Shown here piece after piece: positions 39,498 through 53,231 of a DNA stretch of 64,000 bases (position 1 is the stretch's first letter; the number at the start of each line of letters is the position of its first letter). The position numbers and the translations under genes are program-made. This DNA comes from Octopus bimaculoides (Eukaryota). Where the stretch lies: positions 38,128,022 through 38,192,021 of the forward strand of contig NC_068990.1 in the NCBI RefSeq assembly GCF_001194135.2. Reading direction: 5' to 3'. The notes beneath the pieces were generated by a model. The model was not told the DNA's origin, did not search any database, and saw only the letters and a program-made list of their open reading frames with translations.

Positions 39498-40284
39498 TTA
39501 AAATAGTAAATATTAATACTAGGAACAGTAATGCCATTCTTGTGAAAAGAAAATAAAAAAAAAATATACGTCAATTTTAAATTAGATACCTGAAATGGGT
39601 TCGTAAATTTTAAAGAAAGCTTAGAATACAGGAGTTAGCAAGTGACCATGATGCAGTGAAAGAACTAGTTTCAAAAAACCAAACGTTGAATAATGTTTTG
39701 AAAAATGAATAAATGATAGAGCGAATGGCAAGAAGAATAAACACTAGTAGAAGTTTGCAAAAACTGTTGAGAAACAAGAAACGATGAACAATGACGTAGG
39801 ATGAATCGACATATTGAATTTCAGTGTATATATATATCAAAGAAAGAAAAATTGAAGTTCATATACTCATAGGAACAAACATTTTTAAATCACAGAATAA
39901 CAGTTTTAATACACCATATTCTCTAGCAGAACTTAATGGAGAAAAATAAAATATAGAATATCAAAAAGTTCACTATTGTTATATTATAAATTATAGTTAA
40001 AGTAAAAATGCCATAGATAAAATTGACTGGAAAATATTAAATCGAGTTGCCGAGATTGAATTGGCTGTTAGAAGTGAAAGGCAATAAACATGATTTTAAT
40101 CCAAAGTAAAACAAAGAACTTGATAGAATTTCAAGAAAGATGCAACAACAACTATAAATAACAGCAATAATAATAATAAAAGCGACAAAACAATAAAAAA
40201 GATAATAAATAAACGAAATAAACATCATTTTGAAATGAAGAAATGGATAATAAAATATACAATAATCTTTGTAGGAAATGACAC

Positions 40285-40320
<36 letters not shown>

Positions 40321-41033
40321 CCTTTTTTCTTCCCCCTCCGTCTCTCCCTTTCACTCACAAACATAAAAACACAGACAATTTCATACACAAAATATTCTCA
40401 CTGTCTCAAACACATAAGCACACGCATATAAATACACACACTCACATGTCCATAAATATACAAGTTTACATACACACGCAAAGAGACACTCTTACACATA
40501 TAAACAAACGCATTCTCACACACATAACAAAACAAAAGTGGCTTAAATACACATACAAACACACGCATACGATTGGGCATTATCTCAGCAAACAAGTACA
40601 CTTTCATACAAAAACAAACACACAATCACGCTGAAATACACATACACAGACACATGCATTCTGGTACAAACTAATATGCACATACTTATACACAAACGTA
40701 CACATATACATACACACACGCACAAAAACACTGACACAAGCACACAGAGAAAATACAAATTACAAGACAGATTTCAGTGATAAATCTGTTGAGACATAAA
40801 TATTTTTTCTCCCCCAAAATCATTATTATTTCTTGTGAGAAAGAGAAAAACGCAAGAAAACATTAAACCAAAAATGAAACATTGAGGCGCATATAACACA
40901 CATAGATCTGTAATACGCATACACACTTATGTGTATATACCCAATTTCTCTTGGCCTCTTAAACTAAAAACAACCTGCAGATGGCAGCAGCGGTCATCGT
41001 GAACAGAAAGAGAACGAGAAAGAGAAAGAGAGA

Positions 41034-41077
<44 letters not shown>

Positions 41078-41094
41078 TGCAGCATAGCTCCGTA

Positions 41095-41226
41095 GCTTCA
41101 AGATACTGTGTTCGATTCCACTGTCAGACATCTTGGTCAATTGTGAGTTTTTAAATCTTTATATTAGGCTGATACATACCTTCTTAACGAGGACTGGGTA
41201 TACTGACATTGCATAAAATCCCGTCA
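41095..41226 (+). mobile_element. Degraded type-A SINE head/core
   Basis: gttcgattccactg..catcttggtcaattgt...aggctgatacataccttc..ggactgggta...aatcccgtc. Confidence 0.55.
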
Positions 41227-42260
41227 GATGGATTGTATTATTTAAATACACAGTATGGTTGCATGTCTGTTACGCCAATTTTTCTTGAGAATTGCATAAA
41301 GTTTACACTTGATTTTGAATAATGATAAGATTCAACAAACCACTAAATTCACATCATTGAATATATGTGAATCACGACAAAAAAAGAATCAATGATCTTC
41401 AAAGGAAATCATTCATACTGCTTTGTCATTCTCACCGCTAGAACCAAAGATCACTCTTTGAGATACCTCTAAACAATGATTCTATCGTTCACATGAGCTT
41501 CTATTTACAAGATATGCACCAAGTATGGTTGGATAAACCTGTAGTCCCGGCTTATGGCTGGTAAGATCAAAGAGGCTGTTCCCGTTGTGTACTCAATGAA
41601 AGCCAACCCTATGAGTATTTAGCACCTAGGGGCTGGTCCAAAGCACGCCTTACGTTGAATTGCACGTTACTGGTATACTCTAGGGTGTCCGACAAGTCGT
41701 AAATCCTATTGATGCATTATAATCAAATGAATAATACCAGAGGTTGGATAATTGTCAGCCCATTACAGCTTTTTTTACCGCATTTTTTAAATAGAAGAAT
41801 GAGAACATTAGCTAGCGAATCTTAAACCCCAATCACATACCCCATTGGCCTCCATGCATTTAGCTTTCTTTATTTTTCTTCACTTTTACTTTCCGCAATC
41901 TTTATTCTTCATTCTTTATTCTTAATTTCTTAGGTCCTCTTCCAGCTACCCACTGCTCTATGCCTACTATAATAAAACATCACCTACACCCCACTCCAGC
42001 CTACCTAAGAATCAGTCTAGCAGACTCTTATCTCACCCGGTCGCTGACCTGAGATATCATATTAGACATTTTTAAGAACTATATTCTTAACTGCAACGGT
42101 CAACTTTGTTGGTCATTCTCTCATTCCATAGTTGGCCTCGACAGACTTCAGTCATGTCCCTGCTGTATTCTTGGGATATTTCTTTTGTTTGTAAAATTAC
42201 GTTTCATCTGATAATTACGGTCTTTTGTCCTGGAGTAATGTTGTCATTCTTCAATTAAAA

Positions 42261-42318
<58 letters not shown>

Positions 42319-43024
42319 GCGTATAATGATGTTTCTGTTATGATGATCAGTGTAGATTTATCATTTGTTTGGTGTGTTGTATTGGTGCTTATTATATCTT
42401 GTTGTTGTATTGGTAAAGGTACTGTTACTCCACCGGTCTTTTCGGCCGAGGTAAGCCGCTGGGTTAGGCTTCTCCTCGTAGTATGTTCACTGCCTCAGAT
42501 AACTACCTGTGATGCAGAATGTATGGATATTCGAAACGGATTTTTAGTTTAGCTTTCTAAATCGGTCAATTCATGTTTATTTATGCCGTGTTAACAGTAA
42601 ATAGAAGCTGGTTGCTTGGCTTTTTGCTCACACCAAATTAATTTTATTCTTTCATCTACATTGCAGACCGTTCTTGCATACTGCCTCTCCATGTACTTCA
42701 TGAGATATACAACGTTCTTAGTTTTATATTTTTTCTTTTGATTGGCTTAGAAATCTCTGCAGTTGCTATCAGTGCAAGGGATTTTCTTGACTATGTGTGT
42801 TCTCCCAATTACTGACTTAAGGCAGTTGCTTGCTTTTCAGCTACTTTAATTCTCAATTTTGTCTCATGTAATGCTTTACTATGTCTATGATCTACTTTAT
42901 GTACCATATTATGATTTTCTATCTCAAGCAAGGAAGTAAAATAAAGTCGGAATATAATTTGTTTAAGTGGTTGATTTATCCTTTCAACTCAACAAAACAT
43001 CTAACTGCTGTCACCATCTTTTCC

Positions 43025-43080
<56 letters not shown>

Positions 43081-43098
43081 CTCTCTATTTATTTATTC

Positions 43099-43778
43099 GG
43101 ATCTAGTTCAAAACGGGGGCGCCAGTATTTTCTTAACGAAACACTTTGAAACTTGGGACACTGGTAGAATGTGTCATATAAAACATCTTTTTCTCTTAGT
43201 CTTCTTAAGAAAAATTATTATATTGCAACTTATCTCATGTTAAAGTTGTCGTATTTCTGTAATTTCAACCAATGACTGACGTCCATTCAGCCGAATACAG
43301 TAAGTGCTGACTACGTAAACAAACGATTCTCAAACGATTCTGGCGGTGATAAAATTATTATTTCCTTGTCAAAAAATGGCTGAAGCATATTGGCAGTAGC
43401 TAATAAACCTTTCTATTATAGGCAGAAGGCCTGGTTTTTGAGAGAAGGAGCAAGTCAATTAGGGTTAGGGTTATGGTTAGGGAAAACGAACACACGTGTG
43501 TTGCCTCTCTTCAAAATGTCAGAAGTAATGGAGATTAAATACGCTTTACACCGCTTAAACTGCCAAAGGAGTAACTATAAACAGCTGAATATTTGTCTGT
43601 GATTGGTTGAAATTATCGAAATATGACAATTTTTTACATGAAATAACTTCCAATACAAAAATTTTTTGTGTTCTATAACACAAAATAGATAAGTATACGA
43701 AGTTTGAAAGTCTTTCGGTACTAAAAACACTACATAAAACATAAATGAAAACTGGTGCCCCCGTTTTAAACTAGATCC
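43099..43778. mobile_element. 680-bp MITE with 28-bp GG-start TIRs and 8-bp TSD (Merlin-like)
   Basis: ATTTATTC|ggatctagttcaaaacgggggcgccagt ... actggtgcccccgttttaaactagatcc|ATTTATTC; TIRs match at 26 of 28 positions. 5'-GG ends with an 8-9 bp TSD are characteristic of Merlin/IS1016. Confidence 0.9.
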
Positions 43779-44974
43779 ATTTATTCATTTATTTATTTAT
43801 TTACTCACACACATACACAGAGACATGTTATATTACACTCCGACTTTCTATTACTCCCCACTCCTTAAGCTTTTCTTGTCCCCCACTGTCCCTAGCACTC
43901 TTTCTCCGTTTCTCTCTCTATCTGTCTTCTGTTATTATAACATGATTTACAATAAGTTGTTCATTATATCAATGGTGTAATGGTTTTCACCGACAATATT
44001 TAAACGTGAAAGCGCTAAGAGATATACATCAACATCTTGTATCTTGTATCTTTCTGCATTTTTATAATTGTATCTATAAAATATGTTAGTGGCTGAGTAG
44101 GTGGATAGTCTGTTGTACTTGTTAGAATCTCACTAAATTGAGTTGTGCATCAGTCAAATAAGATAGCTGCACGGGCTGGTTACAATCTGTGAATTCGTAT
44201 ATATGAAATGTAGTATAATATATGTTTAAGTATATCATAGGCGCACTCTGGCTGGTAACGGATGATACTAGCGATTATGAGAAAAGGAACCAAGAATTTA
44301 AAGACTTTGTTCGGTTGTTTGCTATTACCTAAATTACCGAATGCGACATTGTGAATATTTAAATCGCAAATTTTCTTCGAGATTGAAACAATTTAAGGTA
44401 TTTTATGCGTAAGTAAATAAGGATAATCAGAACTTTTTGTGTTGGTGACACATAATTATGCGTTATGTGCGCCCAGCTTAGATGGAACACTCAGAGGCAA
44501 AGTCTCAATTACAAAAAGCTGTGCATTGTAGTTACGGTACATAGAGGGGCTGTATTAGCTTGGTAATCGAAAATTAATTATCAAAGCTCATGTAAATATA
44601 TATTAAGGTACGAGACAACTAAAACGTGTGACACTTTGCCAAATAGCCTGGGAGGAGCCATGCCATTTTAGACAGTTTGACAGATGTCATATTAGAAGAG
44701 GTGGAGTTATTATGAAATGGTATTCATGTGTTTGAGACTGAGAACTCTATGTGTGTTTGTACTGATTGAGTTCTCTCCTTCAAACGGAATTATTCATCCT
44801 TCCTTTAGTTGAAGTCTATTGGTACTGATAGCAAACCGAGTTAATGCCCAAATGTCCTGAAACAAAGTTAATGATTTTTATCACGGCATAGTTATCGTAC
44901 GCGCAACTGCACAATGTACGAAAATCGATGTTTGATTTATTTGTCGTAGTCGTCAATCAAGGAGAAGGTGTATA

Positions 44975-45298
44975 GCCGTGAAAACGACAGAAAGAATGAG
45001 CGTTTTACCCTTATATGATGGAAAACGTTGCCTGAACTCGAACCGACACCTCTGAGCACTCAACCAATTAAGTTAAACTGCCTGCTGACAATTTCCGGCA
45101 AATTAAACGCCAAATACGTAGTTTCATTGGAAACGTAACAAAATATGTAAACTAACTGTTTTTGTATATTTAGAAGCGTCGAATGTGTATGATATTGGTA
45201 AAGTGGGAGTGCGGGCTCGAGTCCCTTGGCTGTCTGCTGGCAAATTTTTTGCCGTCATATAAAGGTAAAATACTTAATCTTTCTGTTGTTTTCACGGC
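44975..45298. mobile_element. Inverted (head-to-head) pair of short tRNA-derived repeats
   Basis: gccgtgaaaacgacagaaagaatgagcgttttacccttatatgatgg pairs with ccgtcatataaaggtaaaatacttaatctttctgttgttttcacggc. Each arm has a B-box-like motif (ggttcgagttc; gggctcgagtccc). Confidence 0.75.
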
Positions 45299-46339
45299 AT
45301 TCGAAATAAACTGCGTTCAAAATGTTACTTTCTTGTCTATATGATACGATACACATTCGACGCTTCCAAAAACAAAACCCAAAAGTTTGTTTACATATGT
45401 TGTTGCATATATATNNNNNNNNNNNNNNNNNNNNNNNNNNNNNNNNNNNNNNNNNNNNNNNNNNNNNNNNNNNNNNNNNNNNNNNNNNNNNNNNNNNNNN
45501 NNNNNNNNNNNNNNNNNNNNNNNNNNNNNNNNNNNNNNNNNNNNNNNNNNNNNNNNNNNNNNNNNNNNNNNNNNNNNNNNNNNNNNNNNNNNNNNNNNNN
45601 NNNNNNNNNNNNNNNNNNNNNNNNNNNNNNNNNNNNNNNNNNNNNNNNNNNNNNNNNNNNNNNNNNNNNNNNNNNNNNNNNNNNNNNNNNNNNNNNNNNN
45701 NNNNNNNNNNNNNNNNNNNNNNNNNNNNNNNNNNNNNNNNNNNNNNNNNNNNNNNNNNNNNNNNNNNNNNNNNNNNNNNNNNNNNNNNNNNNNNNNNNNN
45801 NNNNNNNNNNNNNNNNNNNNNNNNNNNNNNNNNNNNNNNNNNNNNNNNNNNNNNNNNNNNNNNNNNNNNNNNNNNNNNNNNNNNNNNNNNNNNNNNNNNN
45901 NNNNNNNNNNNNNNNNNNNNNNNNNNNNNNNNNNNNNNNNNNNNNNNNNNNNNNNNNNNNNNNNNNNNNNNNNNNNNNNNNNNNNNNNNNNNNNNNNNNN
46001 NNNNNNNNNNNNNNNNNNNNNNNNNNNNNNNNNNNNNNNNNNNNNNNNNNNNNNNNNNNNNNNNNNNNNNNNNNNNNNNNNNNNNNNNNNNNNNNNNNNN
46101 NNNNNNNNNNNNNNNNNNNNNNNNNNNNNNNNNNNNNNNNNNNNNNNNNNNNNNNNNNNNNNNNNNNNNNNNNNNNNNNNNNNNNNNNNNNNNNNNNNNN
46201 NNNNNNNNNNNNNNNNNNNNNNNNNNNNNNNNNNNNNNNNNNNNNNNNNNNNNNNNNNNNNNNNATATATATACATTCATATATGTGTGTGTGCGTGTGT
46301 GTATATATGTATATATAATACACACACATATATACATAT

Positions 46340-46384
<45 letters not shown>

Positions 46385-46619
46385 TTATTTATTTACTAAT
46401 TTATTTATATATGCATACTTATACACACACACACATATATATACGCATATGCAAATAGACCGATAAATGACGACTGTAGTAACATTGGTCATAAATTCTT
46501 ACACTCATCGCTAATCTGTGCAAGAGAAGAAATTATACGAAGAACGCGAATAACTGCCTGGGGCAACAACCATCGATGCTCAAATCTCACTCTACGTTTG
46601 ACAGAGAAAGAAAACCTAC

Positions 46620-46741
46620 ATTAGATAATGCAGTATGAGATTCATTATATCCGAAAGAAATGCAGATGCTCCGTGCAAGATCAGCATAGCTCAGCTCGAT
46701 TAGAGAAAACTCAGGGTTAAACACATTAAACAACAATCTAA
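46620..46741 (-). CDS. Candidate 122-nt internal exon (phase 1-0), unidentified
   Basis: gttcacag| RLLFNVFNPEFSLIELSYADLARSICISFGYNESHTALSN |gtaggt. Confidence 0.25.
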
Positions 46742-47574
46742 CTGTGAACATGTATTGCATTGTGGTAAACAATGCACTACTGCAAACGGCGTTAACAATA
46801 ATGTAGCAATCGTATATATCATATTAACTTGCAATTGAGATGGAGAAATCAGACAGAATTAAAGTCAATTTGAAATCAGATTTTGTATAAAAAGACATCA
46901 TTAAATAGCAGAATTAGCACTATATAGAGTTAATCGAAATTCTAAGGTGCCAAAATTGGGAAAAGAAAACACAAAAACAATACTGAACAAAACGTGTCAG
47001 TCACAATACCGTAATGGAGTCCGTTATTAATTCACAAGGTGTAAAAATTCATTTGTGATTGGGAGAGGTTATCTCTCATACTCCACATTTAATTTGATAA
47101 TACAGTGAAAGGTATCAGCGATTCATTTGATATCTAAGTCATAGCATGTGATAAAATCTATGAATATTTCGTAATATTACATGAAAGCGAAAAATTCAAA
47201 ATTACAATTCTCAATTATCGTCTGCATTTTATATTATTAATATTATATTTAGATACTTATCACGATATACTATTTAGCTTCTCTCACTCTATATGTCAAA
47301 ACATACTTACAAACAAATAGACTCACGCATATCTACATACGTACATACAAATATATGCACACACATATACGTACACACTCACACATATATACATATATAT
47401 TATGTATGTATATGTAATATGAATGTATTATGCATGTACGTATATATGTATGCGTGCATTTCAATTATATATATATAAAGAGAGAGACTGATATATATAT
47501 ATATATANNNNNNNNNNNNNNNNNNNNNNNNNNNNNNNNNNNNNNNNNNNNNNNNNNNNNNNNTATATATACGC

Positions 47575-47617
<43 letters not shown>

Positions 47618-48467
47618 GATAGATATGTGTATGTATATATAAATACACACATGCATATATGAATTCCATAACATACTACCACATTACACGGTGCTTGTGA
47701 ATCGCACTAACACCATAGAGCAGGAAAGACGACAGTAAGAAAGCCATTGACCTCAGATCAGAAAACAAGCTATACATTGCATGATGTCATATCAAGAAAT
47801 AAGCGCGTAGACCAATACCCACTCAGGTTATCCAGAAAATCCTGAGAACAAACGTAGTTTTACAGTTTGAATTGGTAAAGAAATTATACGTGAGTAGGCG
47901 GAAAGAAAAGTGCGATCGCACATTTGAAGGGAAGCATTCCAAGTATCAGAATCTTTTACAGGATTACAGGGAGAATTATAGCAAGCGTGGCTATTCTCAG
48001 CAGAAGATGTCTATAGATGATTCCTTCCCAAGCCAGAATATAGAATGTTTTCAGCTTTTGGAATAAGAAGAGAGGGAAAGATAGGTGTGTGTATGATAGG
48101 AGAGGTAGTAGAAACCCTTCTTGTCTGTTATGGAGCAAGATAGAAGTGTTACCTTTAAATCCGGTAGGAGACGATAAATGATTTGGCCACTACTGTTGAT
48201 AATCTCAGGAGTGAGTATTATGGTTCAGTCTCGGAAAACTCAATTATCGTTGTAGTCCGTTTGATAACATCCATTCTTTCAACAAATGTGAACAATAAAT
48301 TATCTCTTAGATGCAATCAATATTTTATATGTATACACAAACACACACACACTCTCTCTCTCACACACACATACACACACACTCAAGCACACACACATAT
48401 GCACACACATGTATATATGTAAATAAATATATATATCATATCATATTACATATACATACATATATGG

Positions 48468-48509
<42 letters not shown>

Positions 48510-48919
48510 GGCCGATGTCGCTTGAGAATATCTTAGCTAAAGTTAGTCCCTCTACAGGCGGCTGTTCCGCATATCTTTTATTTAATAGTGTGGACGTTTA
48601 CAATAAGAGAGCATGCCAATTGTTTTAGTTTTTCATTTAGTTTTGGTAGTGGTCATTTTCCCACATATCCAAGTCACTTTGGTGTTGTTCAAGGATGAAG
48701 ATGTGTTACCTACACCAATTATACATTTTTCCGTTACGTTTCGTTATACATACTAAACAAATTATATATATCACTATTTACGCCATATTAAAGGTATATT
48801 CTGTACAAAGTTGCCGTCAACACATAATGAAAACATTTTGCCAGATACGTGAGTTTCCAGAACATATACCTGAAACCTATGACAAAATAGTTGCCTGTAA
48901 CACCAACTAAAAAACTTAC

Positions 48920-48968
48920 TACGTGCAAGTGTTTCATTAATGTCTTTTATGCAGTGAACAATACACAA
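48920..48968 (-). CDS. Candidate 49-nt exon (phase 0-1), unidentified
   Basis: caatag| LCIVHCIKDINETLAR |gtaagt; phase-compatible with 46620-46741. Confidence 0.15.
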
Positions 48969-50086
48969 CTATTGACGAAGTTTCATATTTAACTTGCATG
49001 GCTGATACTGAGGTCTAGATTTTTGATGCAGTATTCAGGCAAATATCACTCCACGGAAGAAATATTGAATGCTATCAAATCTCAAATATGACACAGGTTG
49101 AAGAACTGGAAATATATTCTAGACAGTGTTGTTACTAAGCACACAAACATTATTAAGCACATTTATTTAAGATCTATTCATATGGTCAAGTACTCGATAT
49201 TCTAACATTCCCTGCAGTTAATAGGTCATAACTACATTCACTCCTATAAAACAGCAAATTCCATAATGTATTCTACACAGTCCACCTAATATTTTGCTTT
49301 ACACCTCATATCTGTGACTTTCTCACGGAGTTGATTAATCATTCTCCTCTACATTTTACATAAAGGAAACAAGGCAATAGCGTTGTCTGTATAGTGGCTC
49401 AATCTGTTAGGGAAATCAGTTAAAACACACTCTTTCAAAGCATGTCTTGTAATGCCTTAAAGAAAAAAAAAGACACATTGTAAAATGTGTTCTTAGATAC
49501 ACTGAAATAGGCCAGTTTAATTTTGTCATCTGTTACTCTAAAATAAATCAATATTCAAATGAATTATCTAAGAAAAACTCATTTTTGAAATTTTTATTCT
49601 TGAGATCCATCAAGACATTTTAAACACAACATTGACAGCTTACAAAACATCGATTAAGTATACAGAACTTGCCTGCCTAAATCCACTCCATGATGATTCA
49701 TTTGTAGCGGGAGGGAATAAATATATATTCTCTCAGATGAAGGGTCATTCTCGAAACGTCTGGTTCCTTTTCTCTTCACCCTACATTATCCAAACTTATG
49801 ATCATCAGTTTATATTCTTTGCTGATACAAAGGCTACCAACTTTCGATGAGACATTTTTTAAGGGTTGTATGTTTTGCCTAGGCCGTTAATATTTTCGGC
49901 CTTTGCTGATCCGGTTTTTGATCGACATTATTATACTCATACATATATGTATTCATACAAACACACATATATATACACACATGCATGCATATACATATAC
50001 ATATACATATAAATGTGTGTGTATAGGTGTGTTAGGTACTGCAAATCTGTACAGTCAGGAGCAACTACAGTATGTATACGACTGTG

Positions 50087-50117
<31 letters not shown>

Positions 50118-50646
50118 GTATGTATATATTTATATATACATGTATATATATNNNNNNNNNNNNNNNNNNNNNNNNNNNNNNNNNNNNNNNNNNNNNNNNN
50201 NNNNNNNNNNNNNNNNNNNNNNNNNNNNNNNNNNNNNNNNNNNNNNNNNNNNNNNNNNNNNNNNNNNNNNNNNNNNNNNNNNNNNNNNNNNNNNNNNNNN
50301 NNNNNNNNNNNNNNNNNNNNNNNNNNNNNNNNNNNNNNNNNNNNNNNNNNNNNNNNNNNNNNNNNNNNNNNNNNNNNNNTATAACTATAACTACAGGTCA
50401 TGTCTATCTAATCAGCAAATAGTGTCTGTCATCATTTAATACAACAATCTCACCAGTTTATTCATCATCAAATACATTTGTAATATTCAAACAATTACAA
50501 ATCTCTTGCATCCAATATAATCTTGTCATCCAATATACAACACATACACACACATATACATACATAAACATATGTGTGTGTGTAACAGATTTTATTATTT
50601 TCTCTTATTGTACTTCCCTATGGGATGTTATTTTCCGTGTTTTTTG

Positions 50647-50680
<34 letters not shown>

Positions 50681-52068
50681 AAATTTAGCATTTTGGCAAT
50701 AAATTTTCATTTTTATTAACAAAGCAATATCATTGATAATAATCTGACTCAGACGTTTCTCAAACAGCACCATTGCAGGAACTGAAACAAATGGAAGCAA
50801 ACACTTGACTAATATCAAATAATTTCATGCTTCTTTGGCACTAGCAGACAAAATAATGAAACAATTTATTATAAGTTTTAATATTTGGAATTTAGGAGAT
50901 TGACACTACAGTCAAATATATACATAAACATTTTTCCTTGTAGATTTTTCTTTTTCGTATTGTTTTTTTTTCTGGCTCGTCCTTATGTTTTGTTGTTCTG
51001 CCAACAAATGGAAAATTCATTCTATAAAAGCCACATTATGGCACGCACCTTAAACGCTCTAAATATCAAAATATTTGCAGATTAATGGAGGCACGATAAA
51101 TGTGCAGAAACACATACATGTATCCACACAAAACTGCATACGTATACACACAAATATACATAAATGGATCATAATTCATACAGGAATTGCACATAAGTAA
51201 TACTGAAATTACTTACACATATGCATATATTTATACATTCATATATACGTTTATATGTATCTACCTATCTATGCATGTATGTATGTATGCATGTGTGCAT
51301 GTTTGTATAAGTAAATATAGTGGACAGATATATATATATATATATACATATANNNNNNNNNNNNNNNNNNNNNNNNNNNNNNNNNNNNNNNNNNNNNNNN
51401 NNNNNNNNNNNNNNNNNNNNNNNNNNNNNNNNNNNNNNNNNNNNNNNNNNNNNNNNNNNNNNNNNNNNNNNNNNNNNNNNNNNNNNNNNNNNNNNNNNNN
51501 NNNNNNNNNNNNNNNNNNNNNNNNNNNNNNNNNNNNNNNNNNNNNNNNNNNNNNNNNNNNNNNNNNNNNNNNNNNNNNNNNNNNNNNNNNNNNNNNNNNN
51601 NNNNNNNNNNNNNNNNNNNNNNNNNNNNNNNNNNNNTATATATATATATATATGCATATGTTCTTTCCTTTTCTGAGCGTCCAATAACGCTGTACTTATT
51701 CCACGTCCTCGAGTTGTTGTTTTTTCTTGCTTGTTCATGTTTGGATTTACTATATATATGTATATGTATATGTATATGAAATCAGACACGAAGACACGAT
51801 GCATGAGAAGAGTATATATATTGGAATAGATGTAGATATGTAACGTTAATGTATTTGTGGTTGAAATATAGGGCTTGGAGTTAAAAACTGAAATACCAAT
51901 TTCCTGCACTTTTTTCTAATAATTGATTCCTGCATGCATTGCTGGCTGTTTTTAGAGATATCCTATGATTCCAAACAACCTTGGTTTTAGCTTCATTAGC
52001 TATCTACAACATAGATCTTTGTGACACTCATTAGAGCCATGAAGAGCTTTTTTGTTGTCGTTCTTCAG

Positions 52069-52137
52069 TCCGAGGCCAAATTACATAAATCTGAAATATT
52101 ATTAAAATATTTCAACTTTTCTGGCTTCAAGTTTCAT
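52069..52137 (+). CDS. Candidate 69-nt exon (phase 0-0), unidentified
   Basis: ttttttgttgtcgttcttcag| SEAKLHKSEILLKYFNFSGFKFH |gtaagt; strong sites, only one open frame. It lies on the opposite strand to the other candidates. Confidence 0.2.
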
Positions 52138-53231
52138 GTAAGTTTACTTTATCTAATATATCCTTCTTTTACCCAAGAATATTGACCTTGTGTTATGGCA
52201 GATTTGGCGGGTATATCATAGGAGTCGAATTTCTATATAGACGATTCTTCCTTTGCACGTTAACATGAAATTGTCTGGAGTTCAAAACTCAGCGGTGCTT
52301 TCAATCGTCAGTATAGAAGTTAAAATATTCGGCACAATTGTAAAAAAAATGTATTGAATCGTGTAAATTACAGTCCAGCTGCGTTCGTTAAAAATTATGA
52401 AAATTTAAAACAGCGCTTCAAACACCCGGTGCAGGATGCTTAAAACAACAGGTGTATGTATACGTGAACTTGACTCCTAGTCTAATAACAGCTACAACAG
52501 AACACGTCACTTATTCATAGAAGTACTACAGTGAATGTATGATTAATTGTAAGTTGAAAAATGAAGGCTTTGGATGGGCAAACGTGTTTGCAATTTGGAA
52601 AAAAACATATTACGTAAAAGACATATACTGTAGCTAAGTTTTCTAACTTAGGTACAGTATTTTTGGAAGGATTGTTTGTCTCACGTGAAATAAAATGATT
52701 GTTACCAGCATCTCAAATAAAAGATAAAAGCCAGCAAAGATGATTCTATGTATGGATAATATTTCACGACAGAGGACGACGATTTTATTAAAATTTACTT
52801 GCTGTAATTCCTGAAAACGGTCAACTGACTCTCCACGGATTTTGTGAACGGGTAGACTCCATTAAATTTTGTACCACATGATTTGAAAAGAAGATTTGAA
52901 GATTGATCAGGTTGTTAAAATATTTGTACTGCATTTACTAACATAGAAGCAAAATAAAAAAAATTAAAACTGTAGAAGACCAGAGTCACAGCTAGTCAGA
53001 AGTTTAATCGTTTGAGTGCTATTGAAATTTTTATTTATGAGAATCTCATACAGGTGGCGAAGTGTAGGGGGTACAACTACGATGCGGGAAGAAGGCAGAG
53101 CGTCAAAATAAAGACTATTGGGTAAACTCCATGCACTTCAATTTTTACCAACTATAACTGAGAGAAATTAATCTCATACATAATTTTCTTATTCGTAAAA
53201 AAATATTCAAGGTAGTAGTTGTTTCAATAAA

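Noticed and set aside
41675-41710. Solo Tc1/mariner-like TIR (agggtgtccgacaagtcg)
   Set aside because: No partner TIR or transposase remnant found nearby.
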